From contig JAZAMN010000031.1 in the NCBI GenBank assembly GCA_036229005.1, positions 160,001-224,000 on the forward strand: DNA of 64,000 bases. The letters run 5' to 3'. Every line of letters starts with the position of its first letter. The first letter of the stretch is position 1. Positions 8,022-18,786 of the stretch are shown piece after piece. Under the pieces are notes generated by a model. It ran no database searches, was not told where the DNA came from, and was given only the letters and a program-made list of their open reading frames with translations. The stretch comes from Myxococcota bacterium. GTDB lineage: Bacteria; Myxococcota_A; UBA796; CAJQPC01. Both the position numbers and the translations under genes were made by a program.

Positions 8022-10487
8022 ATGGGACACCTCCGGATTCTGCTGCCCCTGGGGCTGGCTTGGTGGGCTCCGAGCCTGGCGCCAGGGGTGGCTCTGGAGC
8101 CCGCCCAGGTCCGAGAGGTCGACGAGCCCCTGGAGCCACAGGACCCCACCATCCAGGCACCAAGGCTCCTCCACACCGTCGCGCTGAGCTACCCAAGCGA
8201 GGCCCTGGAGAGCGGCCTCCACGGAGACGTGAGCCTGCTCGTGCGGGTGGGGACGGACGGCGCGGTCCTCTGGGTGTCCTTCGAGTCGGGGCCCCAGGTC
8301 TTCGAGGCCGCCGCGCTGGACGCCGCCCAGCGCCTTGAGTTCGCCCCGGCCCTCCGCGCCGGCGTCCCCTTCGAGGCCACCACCCGGATCTGGTTCCACT
8401 TCGCCCCCCCTGAGCTCGCGCCCAGCCCGGAGACCAGCGCGGTGGTGCTCGTCCACGCCGAAGACCCCGACCGGGAGTCCATCCAGGCCCAGACCACCCT
8501 GGACCAGCAGACGCTGGACAGCCGCAGCGGAGAGGGGCTGGCCGACACCATCGAACAGGTCCCTGGGGTCTACACCGCGCCGACCACCTCCGACACCGCC
8601 AAGCCCATCATCCGGGGCCACCAGGAGCGCCGCCTGCTCGTGCTCTACGACGGCGTCCGACACGAGAGCCAGAGCTGGGGCCCGGACCACGCCACGGAGA
8701 TCGACCCCTTCTCCGCGGGCAGCATCCGCGTCATCCGGGGGCCCGCCGGGACCCGCTACGGCGCAGACGCCATCGGCGGGGTGGTCCTGGTCGAGCCCCC
8801 AGTCCTCTCCACTCAGGTCGGCCTCCACGGGAAGGCGCTGGCTGCCTTCGAGACCAACGGCGCGCGCCCCTACGCCGCCCTGCGCCTGGACGGCGTCTCC
8901 GCGGCCCACCCCGACTGGTCCTTCCGCGTCGAAGGCAACGGCAGCTACGGCTCCAGCCTCAAGGCCCCCGACTACGTCTTGGGCAACACCGCCTCCCGGA
9001 GCTGGAACCTGGGCGGCGCCGTCGGGCGGCGGACGGAGCGGGGCGGGGTGGTCGCCTCCTGGCACCACAACGCGCTCAAGGCGGGGGCCTTCTACGGGGT
9101 CTCCACCGCCACCCCCGCCGAGTTCCTCCAGCAGTACGAGAACGGCCGCCCCGTCAACGCCGAGAGCTGGACCGCCGACCCGGAGATCGATCGGCCCTAC
9201 CAGCAGGTCAGCCACGACGTCGGGATCGTGAAGGCGGACCGCAGCGGCCCCTGGGGCAGCGTCGTGGGCCGCTACGCCTTCCAGCGCAACCACCGCCAGG
9301 AGTTCAGCACGGTCCGGACCACCGTCACCGGCCCCCAGTACGACTTCATCCTGCGCACGCACTCCCTGGACCTGCTGTACATGCCTGCGGCGCGGCCCCT
9401 GGGCGAGCACGAGCTGCAGAGCACGCTGGGCCTGCAGGGCAGCTTCCAGGAGAACGTCTACCGGGGCTACTCCCTGCTCCCCAACTACCGGGCCTTCGCC
9501 GGCGGGCTCTTCACCACGCAGCGGGTCACCCTGCGGCGGGTGGATCTGGAGGCCGGGGCCCGGATGGATGGGCTGTTCCGGGCCACCTACCTCTCGGAGG
9601 CCGACTACGGAAAGCACGAGCGCCGCGACACCCTCAGCACCAAGGTCTGCGAGCTCTACAGCTCAGGCGCCCGCTGCCCGGCCAGCTACCACGCCGCCTC
9701 CGCCTCCCTGGGCGCCCAACTCCACGTGGTGCCCCAGCTCCTGGATCTGAAGGGGGAGCTGTCCAGCACCGGGCGCTTCCCGGACGCCGACGAGCTCTTC
9801 CTGATCGGCGCCGCCCCCTCCTTCCCGGTGTTCGCCTTGGGCGCCCCGGATCTGGAGACCGAGCGCGCCTGGACCGCCACCCTGACCTCGACCCTGCTGC
9901 TGAGCTGGCTGCGGCTGGAGGTCAGCGGGTACGCCCAGCGCATCCAGGACTACATCTACTTCGCGCCGGATCTGAACGCCGACGGGGCGCCTCGCTACGA
10001 GGTCACCATCCAGGGCACCTGGCCCCGCTACGCCTACCAGGCCGTGGACGCCAACTTCCGGGGACTCGACGGCGCCTTCACGCTGCTCCCGGACCGGGCC
10101 CTCTCTCTGGAGGCCACCGGAGCGCTGGTCCGCACCGCCGACGCGAGCACCGGCGCGGGCCTCATCGGCACCCCGCCAGACAACCTCCGCCTCACCCTCG
10201 TCGGTCGTCCACCTCCTGTAGGCCCCTTCAAGGCCCCGGAGCTGGAGCTCGGCACCCTGCTGGTCGCAGAGCAGACCCGCGTCGACCCCTCCGCTGACTT
10301 CGCCCCACCCCCCGAGTCCTACGCGCTGTTGAACGCCGGACTCAGCGCGGAGGTGGGCCCCACCCGCGTGAGCGTCCAGGGCCGGAACCTCCTGGACACC
10401 GCCTACCGCGACTACACCAGCCTGCTTCGCTACTACGCCGACCAGCCGGGGCGTTCCGTCCACGTGCGGGTGGGCGTCGACTTCTGA
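8022..10487 (+). CDS. TonB-dependent receptor with fused N-terminal TonB C-terminal domain
   Basis: 'YPSEALESGLHGDVSLLVRVGTDGAV' (TonB_C); plug 'KPIIRG...WGPDHATEID...IRGP...YGADAIGGV'; C-terminal 'NLLDTAYRDY...PGR...F'. Confidence 0.92.
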   Translation: MGHLRILLPLGLAWWAPSLAPGVALEPAQVREVDEPLEPQDPTIQAPRLLHTVALSYPSEALESGLHGDVSLLVRVGTDGAVLWVSFESGPQVFEAAALDAAQRLEFAPALRAGVPFEATTRIWFHFAPPELAPSPETSAVVLVHAEDPDRESIQAQTTLDQQTLDSRSGEGLADTIEQVPGVYTAPTTSDTAKPIIRGHQERRLLVLYDGVRHESQSWGPDHATEIDPFSAGSIRVIRGPAGTRYGADAIGGVVLVEPPVLSTQVGLHGKALAAFETNGARPYAALRLDGVSAAHPDWSFRVEGNGSYGSSLKAPDYVLGNTASRSWNLGGAVGRRTERGGVVASWHHNALKAGAFYGVSTATPAEFLQQYENGRPVNAESWTADPEIDRPYQQVSHDVGIVKADRSGPWGSVVGRYAFQRNHRQEFSTVRTTVTGPQYDFILRTHSLDLLYMPAARPLGEHELQSTLGLQGSFQENVYRGYSLLPNYRAFAGGLFTTQRVTLRRVDLEAGARMDGLFRATYLSEADYGKHERRDTLSTKVCELYSSGARCPASYHAASASLGAQLHVVPQLLDLKGELSSTGRFPDADELFLIGAAPSFPVFALGAPDLETERAWTATLTSTLLLSWLRLEVSGYAQRIQDYIYFAPDLNADGAPRYEVTIQGTWPRYAYQAVDANFRGLDGAFTLLPDRALSLEATGALVRTADASTGAGLIGTPPDNLRLTLVGRPPPVGPFKAPELELGTLLVAEQTRVDPSADFAPPPESYALLNAGLSAEVGPTRVSVQGRNLLDTAYRDYTSLLRYYADQPGRSVHVRVGVDF

Positions 10488-10506
10488 ACCCCCAAAGGAG
10501 ACCCCC

Positions 10507-11151
10507 ATGAAGACCCTCAAGCGCCTCGCTCCCCTGACCCTGCTCGCCCTCTTCGGAGCGGCCTGCTCCGACGTCGAGGACCACGACGACGGCCACGGCC
10601 ACGACCACGGTCAGATCACCACCATGGTGCTCAACTTCACCCCCACGGACGGCGGAGAGACCCTCAGCTTCACCTGGGCCGACCCGGAGGCCGACGGCTC
10701 GCCCGTCGCCGACGACATCCTCCTGCCCGACGGCTCGGACCACGACCACCACGACGCCCAGAGCTACACCCTGGACATCGTGCTCTACAACGAGCTCGAG
10801 GACCCGATGGAGGACGTCACCCCCGAGATCGAGGAGCTCCCCGATGAGCACCAGTTCTTCTTCACCGGCTCCGCGGTCGAGAGCGACGCCACCGGCGCCA
10901 ACGCCGACGCCATCATCAGCCATGAGTACGGCGACCAGGACCCCGAAGGCCTGCCCATCGGCTTGACCAACAGCGTCGACACCCTGGCCTGGGGCAGCGG
11001 CGAGCTCATCGTGACCCTGCGCCACATGGCCTACGAAGAGGACGCGCCCACCAAGACCGAGGGCCTCGCCGAGGACGTCGCGGCCGGCGGCTTCGCCTCC
11101 ATCCCGGGCGACAACGACATCCAGGCCACCTTCAACATCGAGGTCGAGTAG
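10507..11151 (+). CDS. His-rich acidic lipoprotein, partner of the TonB-dependent receptor
   Basis: AAGGAG RBS; GAAC lipobox; 'DHDDGHGHDH', 'DHDHHD', 'DEHQFFF', 'LRH'. Confidence 0.8.
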   Translation: MKTLKRLAPLTLLALFGAACSDVEDHDDGHGHDHGQITTMVLNFTPTDGGETLSFTWADPEADGSPVADDILLPDGSDHDHHDAQSYTLDIVLYNELEDPMEDVTPEIEELPDEHQFFFTGSAVESDATGANADAIISHEYGDQDPEGLPIGLTNSVDTLAWGSGELIVTLRHMAYEEDAPTKTEGLAEDVAAGGFASIPGDNDIQATFNIEVE

Positions 11152-11155
11152 GCCA

Positions 11156-11193
11156 GCGCCGCCGCTGCCTGCGCCAGATGCGGGCGGCGGCGC
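11156..11193 (+). terminator. GC hairpin closing the receptor operon
   Basis: GCGCCGCCGC (11156-11165) / GCGGCGGCGC (11184-11193). Confidence 0.45.
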
Positions 11194-11252
11194 CCCCTGT
11201 GTGGATCCGCCCCCATTCAGGCGCTACACTCCCCCTCAAACCGGGGGTTCTC

Positions 11253-11720
11253 ATGTCCACCATCCTGCTCGCCGCCAGCCTCGCCCAAGCCGCCGACAGC
11301 TCCGGGCTACAGGTCGCTGCCGTCGCATTCGGAGGCGCTGCGGTCGGGACCGGCGTCGGCTTCGCCACCGGAGGCGCCCTCCAGATGGCCACCTGCCAGT
11401 CCGCCTGCACGTGGAGCTTCGTGGACGGCGGCCTCAAGGGCATGGCCATCGGCTACCCCGTGGGCGCCCTGCTCGCCGGGGGCGCCGCCGCCTGGACCTG
11501 GGGCCTGGACACCCCCCGCGCCATGCTGGTCGGCGGCCTGGTCTCCGTGTTCACCTTCGGCATGATGCCCCTGGTCGTCGAGCAGGGCTTCGCCGCCCCC
11601 TTGCTGGCCGTCGGCGCGATCGCCGTGCCTGCCTCCATCGGCCTGGCCGCCACCGACTGGGGCCTGACCCCCAGCTTCTCCGCCGCGGGCACCGGCCTCA
11701 CCCTCAGCCGCCGCTTCTGA
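11253..11720 (+). CDS. Hypothetical Gly/Ala-rich membrane protein
   Basis: Short signal peptide, several Gly-rich hydrophobic segments, C-terminal aromatic residue (LSRRF). Confidence 0.7.
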   Translation: MSTILLAASLAQAADSSGLQVAAVAFGGAAVGTGVGFATGGALQMATCQSACTWSFVDGGLKGMAIGYPVGALLAGGAAAWTWGLDTPRAMLVGGLVSVFTFGMMPLVVEQGFAAPLLAVGAIAVPASIGLAATDWGLTPSFSAAGTGLTLSRRF

Positions 11721-11737
11721 GCGCCACCGGAGTCGCC

Positions 11738-12409
11738 ATGCTCGCCCTGACCCTCTTGGGCTGCACCCACAGCGCCGCCGTCAACACCGCCCCGGTGCGC
11801 TTCGCGATGGTCGACCTCTTCCCGACCCAGGGCCGGCTGACCGCCAGCTTCCACTTCCTGCACCGCACCCGCTGCCAGAACATCACCGGCCTGGAGGAGG
11901 CCGACCTGGAGGGCTTCGCGCCGGTGTCCGTCAGTGAGGGCGGCCACACCAATCCCCTGGACCCCGACAGCTGCGAAGAGCAGGCCCAGGTCGCGTTCGA
12001 GGGCCTGGAGGCGCTGGCCGACCAGGAGTGGATCACCCTCACCCTCCCCGGCTTCCTGGGCGAGGAGCGCATCGACATCGGCGGGTACCCTCTGGCGCCG
12101 CGGGCCCTCCAGCCCAACACCCCCGTCCTGGACGACCACGGCGTGGAGTACCGCTGGCTCTTCCAGGGGGACACCCCCACCGACCGGGCCGTGATGGAGG
12201 TGCAGATGCTGGACTACACCGCCACCTTCCCTCTCCGGCAGGAAGACGACCGGCTCTACTTCGACGGCGAGATCTTCATCGTCGATCTCCCGGACGGGGC
12301 GGACGTGGACGCCGAAGCCCGCCTGGTCAACGCCTACGAGACCCCCGTCACCTGCACCCTGCCCAAGTGCCAGGCCGCGAACGTCAACTTCGTCGACCTG
12401 AACCCTTGA
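11738..12409 (+). CDS. Hypothetical putative lipoprotein
   Basis: GGAG RBS; MLALTLLGC; GC3-biased frame. Confidence 0.7.
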   Translation: MLALTLLGCTHSAAVNTAPVRFAMVDLFPTQGRLTASFHFLHRTRCQNITGLEEADLEGFAPVSVSEGGHTNPLDPDSCEEQAQVAFEGLEALADQEWITLTLPGFLGEERIDIGGYPLAPRALQPNTPVLDDHGVEYRWLFQGDTPTDRAVMEVQMLDYTATFPLRQEDDRLYFDGEIFIVDLPDGADVDAEARLVNAYETPVTCTLPKCQAANVNFVDLNP

Positions 12410-12419
12410 GCGGGGGCCC

Positions 12420-13763
<1,344 letters not shown>

Positions 13764-15167
13764 TCAGGAACCCTGGAGGTAGTGGGGGCCCGCCGACTCG
13801 AAGCTGTGGCGGTCCCGCTTGGAGATGGTGTAGCGGCCGGCGAAGTCGGCCATGCGCTCGGAGGTCGCGGGATCGCGCTCCAGCAGGTGGGCGATGTCGT
13901 AGGCCAGCTCGATGGGGCCTTGGGCGGGAACGCGCGTGCCCTTGGGGAGCACCACCCGCCCGGCCTCGGACCAGAAGGGGAAGCGCTGCCGGTCGGCCAC
14001 CAGGTCGTGGCCCACCTGCGCGCCGGCCTCGAAGCTGCAGTTCTTGTCGCAGAGCACGCCCTTGAGGGACACGCCCTCGCCCACGTCGCAGCCCGACAGC
14101 AGGATGCTCTGCTCGATCCGGGCGCCGCTGTGCACAAAGCAGTCGTAGCCCAGCATCACCTCGACCAGGGTGGCGCCCTGGACGATGCTGCCCTCGCAGA
14201 CCAGGGAGTCCACGACCTCGCAGGGCCGGTCTCCGGCGCGCACGAAGCGGGCGGGGGGGTGGTCGCGCTGGGCGGTGCGGATGGCCCACTCGCGGTTGTA
14301 GAGGTTCAGCGCCGGCATGGGGGAGCGCAGCTCCATGTTCGCCTCGAAGTAGGCGTCCAGGGTCCCCACGTCCTTCCAGTACACCGGCGCGCCCATGGGC
14401 TCCCCGGGCACCCGGTTGGTGGCGAAGTCGTAGGCGAACAGCTCCATCCCCTGCTGCAGCATCCAGGGGATGACGTCCTTGCCGAAGTCGTGGCTGGAGC
14501 CGCTGCGCTCGTTGTCGATGTCCAGGGCCCGCTGCATGGAGCGCGCCTTGAAGAAGTAGTTGCCCATCGACACAAGGCAGCGCTCGGGGTCGCCGGGCAG
14601 CGGCGCGGGATCCGCGGGCTTCTCCTGGAAGCCGACGATGCGGCCGGCCTCGTCCACCTGGATCACCCCAAAGGTGTTCGCCGCCACGCTGCGCAGCACG
14701 GGGATCGCCGCGATGGTCAGGTCCGCGCCCTTGGCCCGGTGGAAGTCCTCCATCTGGTCCAGGGCGAACTTGTAGACGTGGTCGCCGCCCAGCACCGCGA
14801 CGTGCTCGCAGCGGGCGTCCCAGACCAGGTTCATGTTCTGGAGGATCGCGTCGGCCGTGCCGCGGTACCAGTGCTCGCCCATGCGCATCTGCGCGGGGAC
14901 CACCTCGATGAACTCACCGGGGGTGGACAGGTGCCACTGGCGGTTCAGGTGCCGGATCAGCGAGCTGGCCATGTACTGCGTGAGCACGTGCACCTGGCGG
15001 TAGCCGGAGTGGATCACGTTGCTGAGCACAAAGTCGATGATCCGGTACCGCCCCCCGAAGGGGGTGGCCGGCTTGGCGCGGTGAACGGTCAGGGGGCCCA
15101 GGCGACTGCCCTTGCCCCCGGCCAGGATCATCACCAGGCTGTCTCGCGATGCCATCAGGGCCTCCAT
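13764..15167 (-). CDS. glgC: Glucose-1-phosphate adenylyltransferase
   Basis: 'ILAGGKGSRL', 'RAKPATPFGGRYRIIDFVLSN', 'WYRGTADA', 'FQEKP', 'DFGKD', 'YWKDVGT'. Start is 15167 or 15155. Confidence 0.95.
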   Translation of the reverse strand: MEALMASRDSLVMILAGGKGSRLGPLTVHRAKPATPFGGRYRIIDFVLSNVIHSGYRQVHVLTQYMASSLIRHLNRQWHLSTPGEFIEVVPAQMRMGEHWYRGTADAILQNMNLVWDARCEHVAVLGGDHVYKFALDQMEDFHRAKGADLTIAAIPVLRSVAANTFGVIQVDEAGRIVGFQEKPADPAPLPGDPERCLVSMGNYFFKARSMQRALDIDNERSGSSHDFGKDVIPWMLQQGMELFAYDFATNRVPGEPMGAPVYWKDVGTLDAYFEANMELRSPMPALNLYNREWAIRTAQRDHPPARFVRAGDRPCEVVDSLVCEGSIVQGATLVEVMLGYDCFVHSGARIEQSILLSGCDVGEGVSLKGVLCDKNCSFEAGAQVGHDLVADRQRFPFWSEAGRVVLPKGTRVPAQGPIELAYDIAHLLERDPATSERMADFAGRYTISKRDRHSFESAGPHYLQGS

Positions 15168-15240
15168 CGGTGAAGCTGCCTAATGACTGGACCGGTGTCT
15201 GCGACCTCAAGTCACAGGATGTCCGCGCGAATGGATCGCG

Positions 15241-15269
15241 GGGGCCGCAAAGCCCCCCGATGCGGCCCC
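15241..15269 (-). terminator. Hairpin between the small exported gene and glgC
   Basis: GGGGCCGCA / TGCGGCCCC 9-bp stem. Confidence 0.4.
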
Positions 15270-15280
15270 GGGAGCGGGCC

Positions 15281-15646
15281 CTACTCGGCGCCGATCTTCA
15301 CGTCGATGTTCACCGACCCGCGGGTATCCGAGGGCTGACCGGGCATCGGAGCGACCAGCTCATCGCGGATGCAGCGCACCACCGCGCGGCTCTCCAGCTT
15401 GGTGGGCTCGATCAGGGTGACGGTGTTCTGCTCGGGCCCAAAGCGCACGTTGAAGGTCAGGAGATCGAACTCGCTCTCGGAGTACTTCTCGGCGCAGAAG
15501 GCGGTCTTGGCCTTGACGTGCTTCTCGACGGAGGGCGCGGCGAGGCCGGGCGCGTAGGCCATCCAGGCGGTGATGGTGGCGCTGACTTGGGCTTCCTCGC
15601 CGGCGCCGGCCGGGCTGGCAAACAGCAGGGGGATCAGGCTGAACAT
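15281..15646 (-). CDS. Small exported protein, possibly AgmX/PglI C-terminal (TonB_C-like) fold
   Basis: Signal MFSLIPLLFASPAGA; two Cys ('FCAEK', 'VVRCIRD') in a pattern like myxobacterial AgmX-C domains. Confidence 0.6.
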   Translation of the reverse strand: MFSLIPLLFASPAGAGEEAQVSATITAWMAYAPGLAAPSVEKHVKAKTAFCAEKYSESEFDLLTFNVRFGPEQNTVTLIEPTKLESRAVVRCIRDELVAPMPGQPSDTRGSVNIDVKIGAE

Positions 15647-15792
15647 GGGAACAATCCTCGGACGGAAGTGGGACAGCGGGGTGCTCCGCTGGCGGCATCC
15701 GAACGCGGCGCCCGGCCCGGCGCTTACAGCGCAGCAGGGACTTCCACGACTCGGTGCCAAGAGTCAAGCACCAATAACCCTTTCTGCATTCC

Positions 15793-15820
15793 GGAACCTT
15801 TTGGTCCGTACAGGGTCATA
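15793..15820 (+). promoter_or_regulatory. Candidate ECF (RpoE-like) promoter
   Basis: GGAACCT-N16-TCATA, 36 nt upstream of ATG 15857. Confidence 0.45.
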
Positions 15821-15856
15821 GGACCACAGCGGTCTGGGGTGGGGCAGGAGGGCCAG

Positions 15857-17167
15857 ATGCAGCACAGAACCGGCACCAGAGCGACCCTCGCGGCTTCACT
15901 TGGCGCGCTCACGATCCTGGCCGGGGCGATCACCGGCGCCGCCCGCGCCACCGAGATCCCCAGCGCCGACCCCCTGCTCTCGGGCCTGGCCTTCTCCTTC
16001 GGTCACGGCGGCATGGCCCGCGACTACGCCCGCGGCAAGGAGCTCTTGGAGCAGGCCTGCCTGGACGGCGAGTCCCTGGCCTGTGGGAGCTGGCAGTGGC
16101 GCGATCCCGCGGGCCCCTCCACCCAGGCAGTGGTCGCCCACTTCGAGCCCGCCTGCCTGGAGGGAGCCCCCGTCGCCTGCCTCCCCGCCGCGTGGGCCCT
16201 GCTGGATCCCAGCGTCGGCGCCCCCCAGCCCGACCGCGCCAAGGCCTTGCTCGAGCGCGCCTGCGAAGGTGGCCTGCCCCAAGGCTGCACCGAGCTCGCC
16301 TTGGCTGGCCTCTCCGAGCAGGTCCAGGTGGAGGAGGCGCAGTCCTGGGCCCTCTTGGAGTCCGCCTGCACCGCTCAGGACGGAGCGGCCTGCGCCACCC
16401 TCGCTGAACACCGCCCCGCCGACGAGGCCATGCTGCTCGCCCAAACCGCCTGCGCTTTGGAGTCCTCTCGGGGCTGCGCCGTGCTGGCCGAGCTCCAGCT
16501 CGGCGCCCAGCAGATCGAGCAGGGTCTGGCCCTCCACCAGGCCGCCTGCGAGGCCGGCTACCTGGGCTCCTGCCAGGCCCTCGGCGAGCGCTACCGCCGC
16601 GGCCAGGACGTCAAGCAGAGCCCCAAGACCGCCCTGCGCCTCTTCGAGAGCGGCTGCCGCGGCGGCCTGGCTGACGCCTGCGAAGAGGCCGGCGAGATGC
16701 TGCTGGCCGGCGCCCAGGTCCCCCCGGATCCCCAGGCCGGCTGGGCCTACATCCACCAGGGCTGCCTGCTGGGTGACCAGGCCCTCTGCCACGCCGTCAT
16801 CGAAGACGCCCGCCCCCAGGACCTCAGCGGGCCCGCCCTGCTCCAGGTCGGCCAGCGCCTCACCCAGGACTGCTCCGAGGGCGACGACGCCGCCTGCGGC
16901 ACCCTGGGCCTGGCCACCGTGTTCGGCGCCGGCGTCCACCAGGACATCGCCTGGGGCCTGCAGATCATGGCCCGAAGCTGCGCCGCCGGAGACCCCATCT
17001 CCTGCTATGACCTCGCGCGCTTGGAAGACCAGGGCGTGCTGGATCGGGAGAACCCCCGCGCCGCGCGCGTCTGGTACGGGCGAGCCTGCACTTTGGGCCA
17101 CGCCCCCTCCTGCGCAGCTCTGCCCCGTCGCCTGCGCCCCGTGGCGGACACCGCCCGATTGGAATAG
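15857..17167 (+). CDS. Secreted Sel1-like repeat protein (Hcp-type, Cys-paired)
   Basis: GGAGG RBS, signal peptide, about 10 repeats of 'A...E.AC..G....C..LG'. Confidence 0.88.
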   Translation: MQHRTGTRATLAASLGALTILAGAITGAARATEIPSADPLLSGLAFSFGHGGMARDYARGKELLEQACLDGESLACGSWQWRDPAGPSTQAVVAHFEPACLEGAPVACLPAAWALLDPSVGAPQPDRAKALLERACEGGLPQGCTELALAGLSEQVQVEEAQSWALLESACTAQDGAACATLAEHRPADEAMLLAQTACALESSRGCAVLAELQLGAQQIEQGLALHQAACEAGYLGSCQALGERYRRGQDVKQSPKTALRLFESGCRGGLADACEEAGEMLLAGAQVPPDPQAGWAYIHQGCLLGDQALCHAVIEDARPQDLSGPALLQVGQRLTQDCSEGDDAACGTLGLATVFGAGVHQDIAWGLQIMARSCAAGDPISCYDLARLEDQGVLDRENPRAARVWYGRACTLGHAPSCAALPRRLRPVADTARLE

Positions 17168-17185
17168 TTCCGCACTCCGCTCGGA

Positions 17186-18040
17186 GTGAACGTGCCCGTC
17201 AAGATCCACACGGCCAATGAGATCGAGGCCATGCGCCGCGTCGGCAAGCTCGCCGGCGACCTGCTCTACGCCGTCGGCGAGATGATCAAGCCTGGCGTCA
17301 GCACCAACGAGATCGACGCTCTGGTCCACAAGCTCACCACCGAGCGCCACGGCATCAGCGCGCCCCTCAACTACGGCGGCGGCGGCGCTCGCCCCCCCTT
17401 CCCCGGCCACTGCTGCACCAGCGTGAACGAGGTCGTCTGCCACGGCATCCCCGACGACCGCGTCCTGGTCGACGGCGACATCGTCAACGTGGACGTCACC
17501 CCCATCCTCCCCAAGAAGCGCGGCTGGCACGGCGACACCAGCATCACCTACTACGTGGGTGAGCCCTCCGCGGCCGCCCGCAAGGTGGTCGAGATCGCCC
17601 GCGAGGCCCTGGAGATCGGCCTCCAGCAGGTGCGCCCCGGCGCCTACACCGGCGACATCGGCGCGGCCATCCAGGAGTTCGTCGAGGCTCAGGGCTGCAC
17701 CGTCGTCCGCGACTACACCGGCCACGGCGTCGGCCAGGTCTTCCACACCGCCCCCACCATCCACCACTACGGGCGGCGCGGGACCGGCGTGAAGCTCAAG
17801 CGCGGCATGATCTTCACCGTCGAGCCCATGGTGAACCTGGGCGGCTACGAGGTCGACCACCTGGACGACCACTGGACCGTCGTCACCGCGGACGGCGCGC
17901 TCACCGCCCAGTTCGAGCACACCGTGGTCGTCACCAAGCGCGGGGTCGAGATCCTCACCAAGCGCCCCGGCCTGGTCAAGAACAGCGAGGACAAGCCCTG
18001 GTCCAAGCTCGGCGCCCTCTCGACCTACCCCTTCGAGTAG
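17186..18040 (+). CDS. map: Methionine aminopeptidase type I
   Basis: 'CTSVNEVVCHGIP', 'NVDVT', 'HGDTS', 'GHGVG', 'FTVEPM', 'AQFEHT'. Confidence 0.97.
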   Translation: MNVPVKIHTANEIEAMRRVGKLAGDLLYAVGEMIKPGVSTNEIDALVHKLTTERHGISAPLNYGGGGARPPFPGHCCTSVNEVVCHGIPDDRVLVDGDIVNVDVTPILPKKRGWHGDTSITYYVGEPSAAARKVVEIAREALEIGLQQVRPGAYTGDIGAAIQEFVEAQGCTVVRDYTGHGVGQVFHTAPTIHHYGRRGTGVKLKRGMIFTVEPMVNLGGYEVDHLDDHWTVVTADGALTAQFEHTVVVTKRGVEILTKRPGLVKNSEDKPWSKLGALSTYPFE

Positions 18041-18045
18041 GGGCC

Positions 18046-18786
18046 CTACCAGGGCAGCCGCGCCGCCCCCTCCCAGCCCTGGGGGTGGTGCACCAGCGCC
18101 TGGATCTCCAGCGCAGCGCCGATCGCCACCAGTTGCGTGATGCGGTCGCCAAAGTCCGGGTGCCACTGCGCCTGGATCCGCGCCAGGTGCGCCGGGTCCG
18201 TCGGCCAGTGCGAGCGCCGCGTGCCTATCCACCAGGTGCCCGCCCGGCTCAGGCTCCAGCCCTGCTGCGTCCAGCTCAGGTGCAGGACCGCGTCCGGGTG
18301 CTCCGTGCTCCACCCAAAGCCCGCGACACGCAGTCCCTCGTAGGCGCCCAGAGCGTCTTGGAGCTTGGAGGGGTCCAGGGGGAGGGAGGTGTGGAGCAGC
18401 GCTGCAGACACCGCGTCCTCACCTCTCAACACCCGCTCCCACGTGGCCTGACTGCGCTGATGGCGCCGGCGAGGACACCCTTCCGCCCACCGCTCCAGGC
18501 CCACCACCGGGGCGGAGGTCAGCGCATGTGGCAGCGCGGGGTCAGCGCCCTGCAGGCAGAGCACCCGGTCGGCGGCCTCGATGGCGGCGGCCAGCTCCAG
18601 GCTCAGGGGGCCACCGTCCCAGAGCACCAGCAGCTCCTCGCCGGCGCGCACCCGTGGCAGAGCAGCCCCGGGCTGGAGCGCGACCCAGGACCTTGGGCCC
18701 ACAGGCTCCGCAGAGAGCGGCACCTCGCTGACCTGAACGAAACGCTGGAGCGCAGACAGATCCCGAGCTTTGAGCCAGTGAATCAC
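18046..18786 (-). CDS. CobW/COG0523 C-terminal domain protein lacking GTPase motifs
   Basis: C-terminal half 'PLDPSKL...LRVAGFGW...AGTWW...WP.D...I.AQWHPDFGDRITQLVAIG' resembles CobW_C of YciC/ZigA proteins. GTG start overlaps the upstream stop (GTGA). Confidence 0.75.
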   Translation of the reverse strand: MIHWLKARDLSALQRFVQVSEVPLSAEPVGPRSWVALQPGAALPRVRAGEELLVLWDGGPLSLELAAAIEAADRVLCLQGADPALPHALTSAPVVGLERWAEGCPRRRHQRSQATWERVLRGEDAVSAALLHTSLPLDPSKLQDALGAYEGLRVAGFGWSTEHPDAVLHLSWTQQGWSLSRAGTWWIGTRRSHWPTDPAHLARIQAQWHPDFGDRITQLVAIGAALEIQALVHHPQGWEGAARLPW

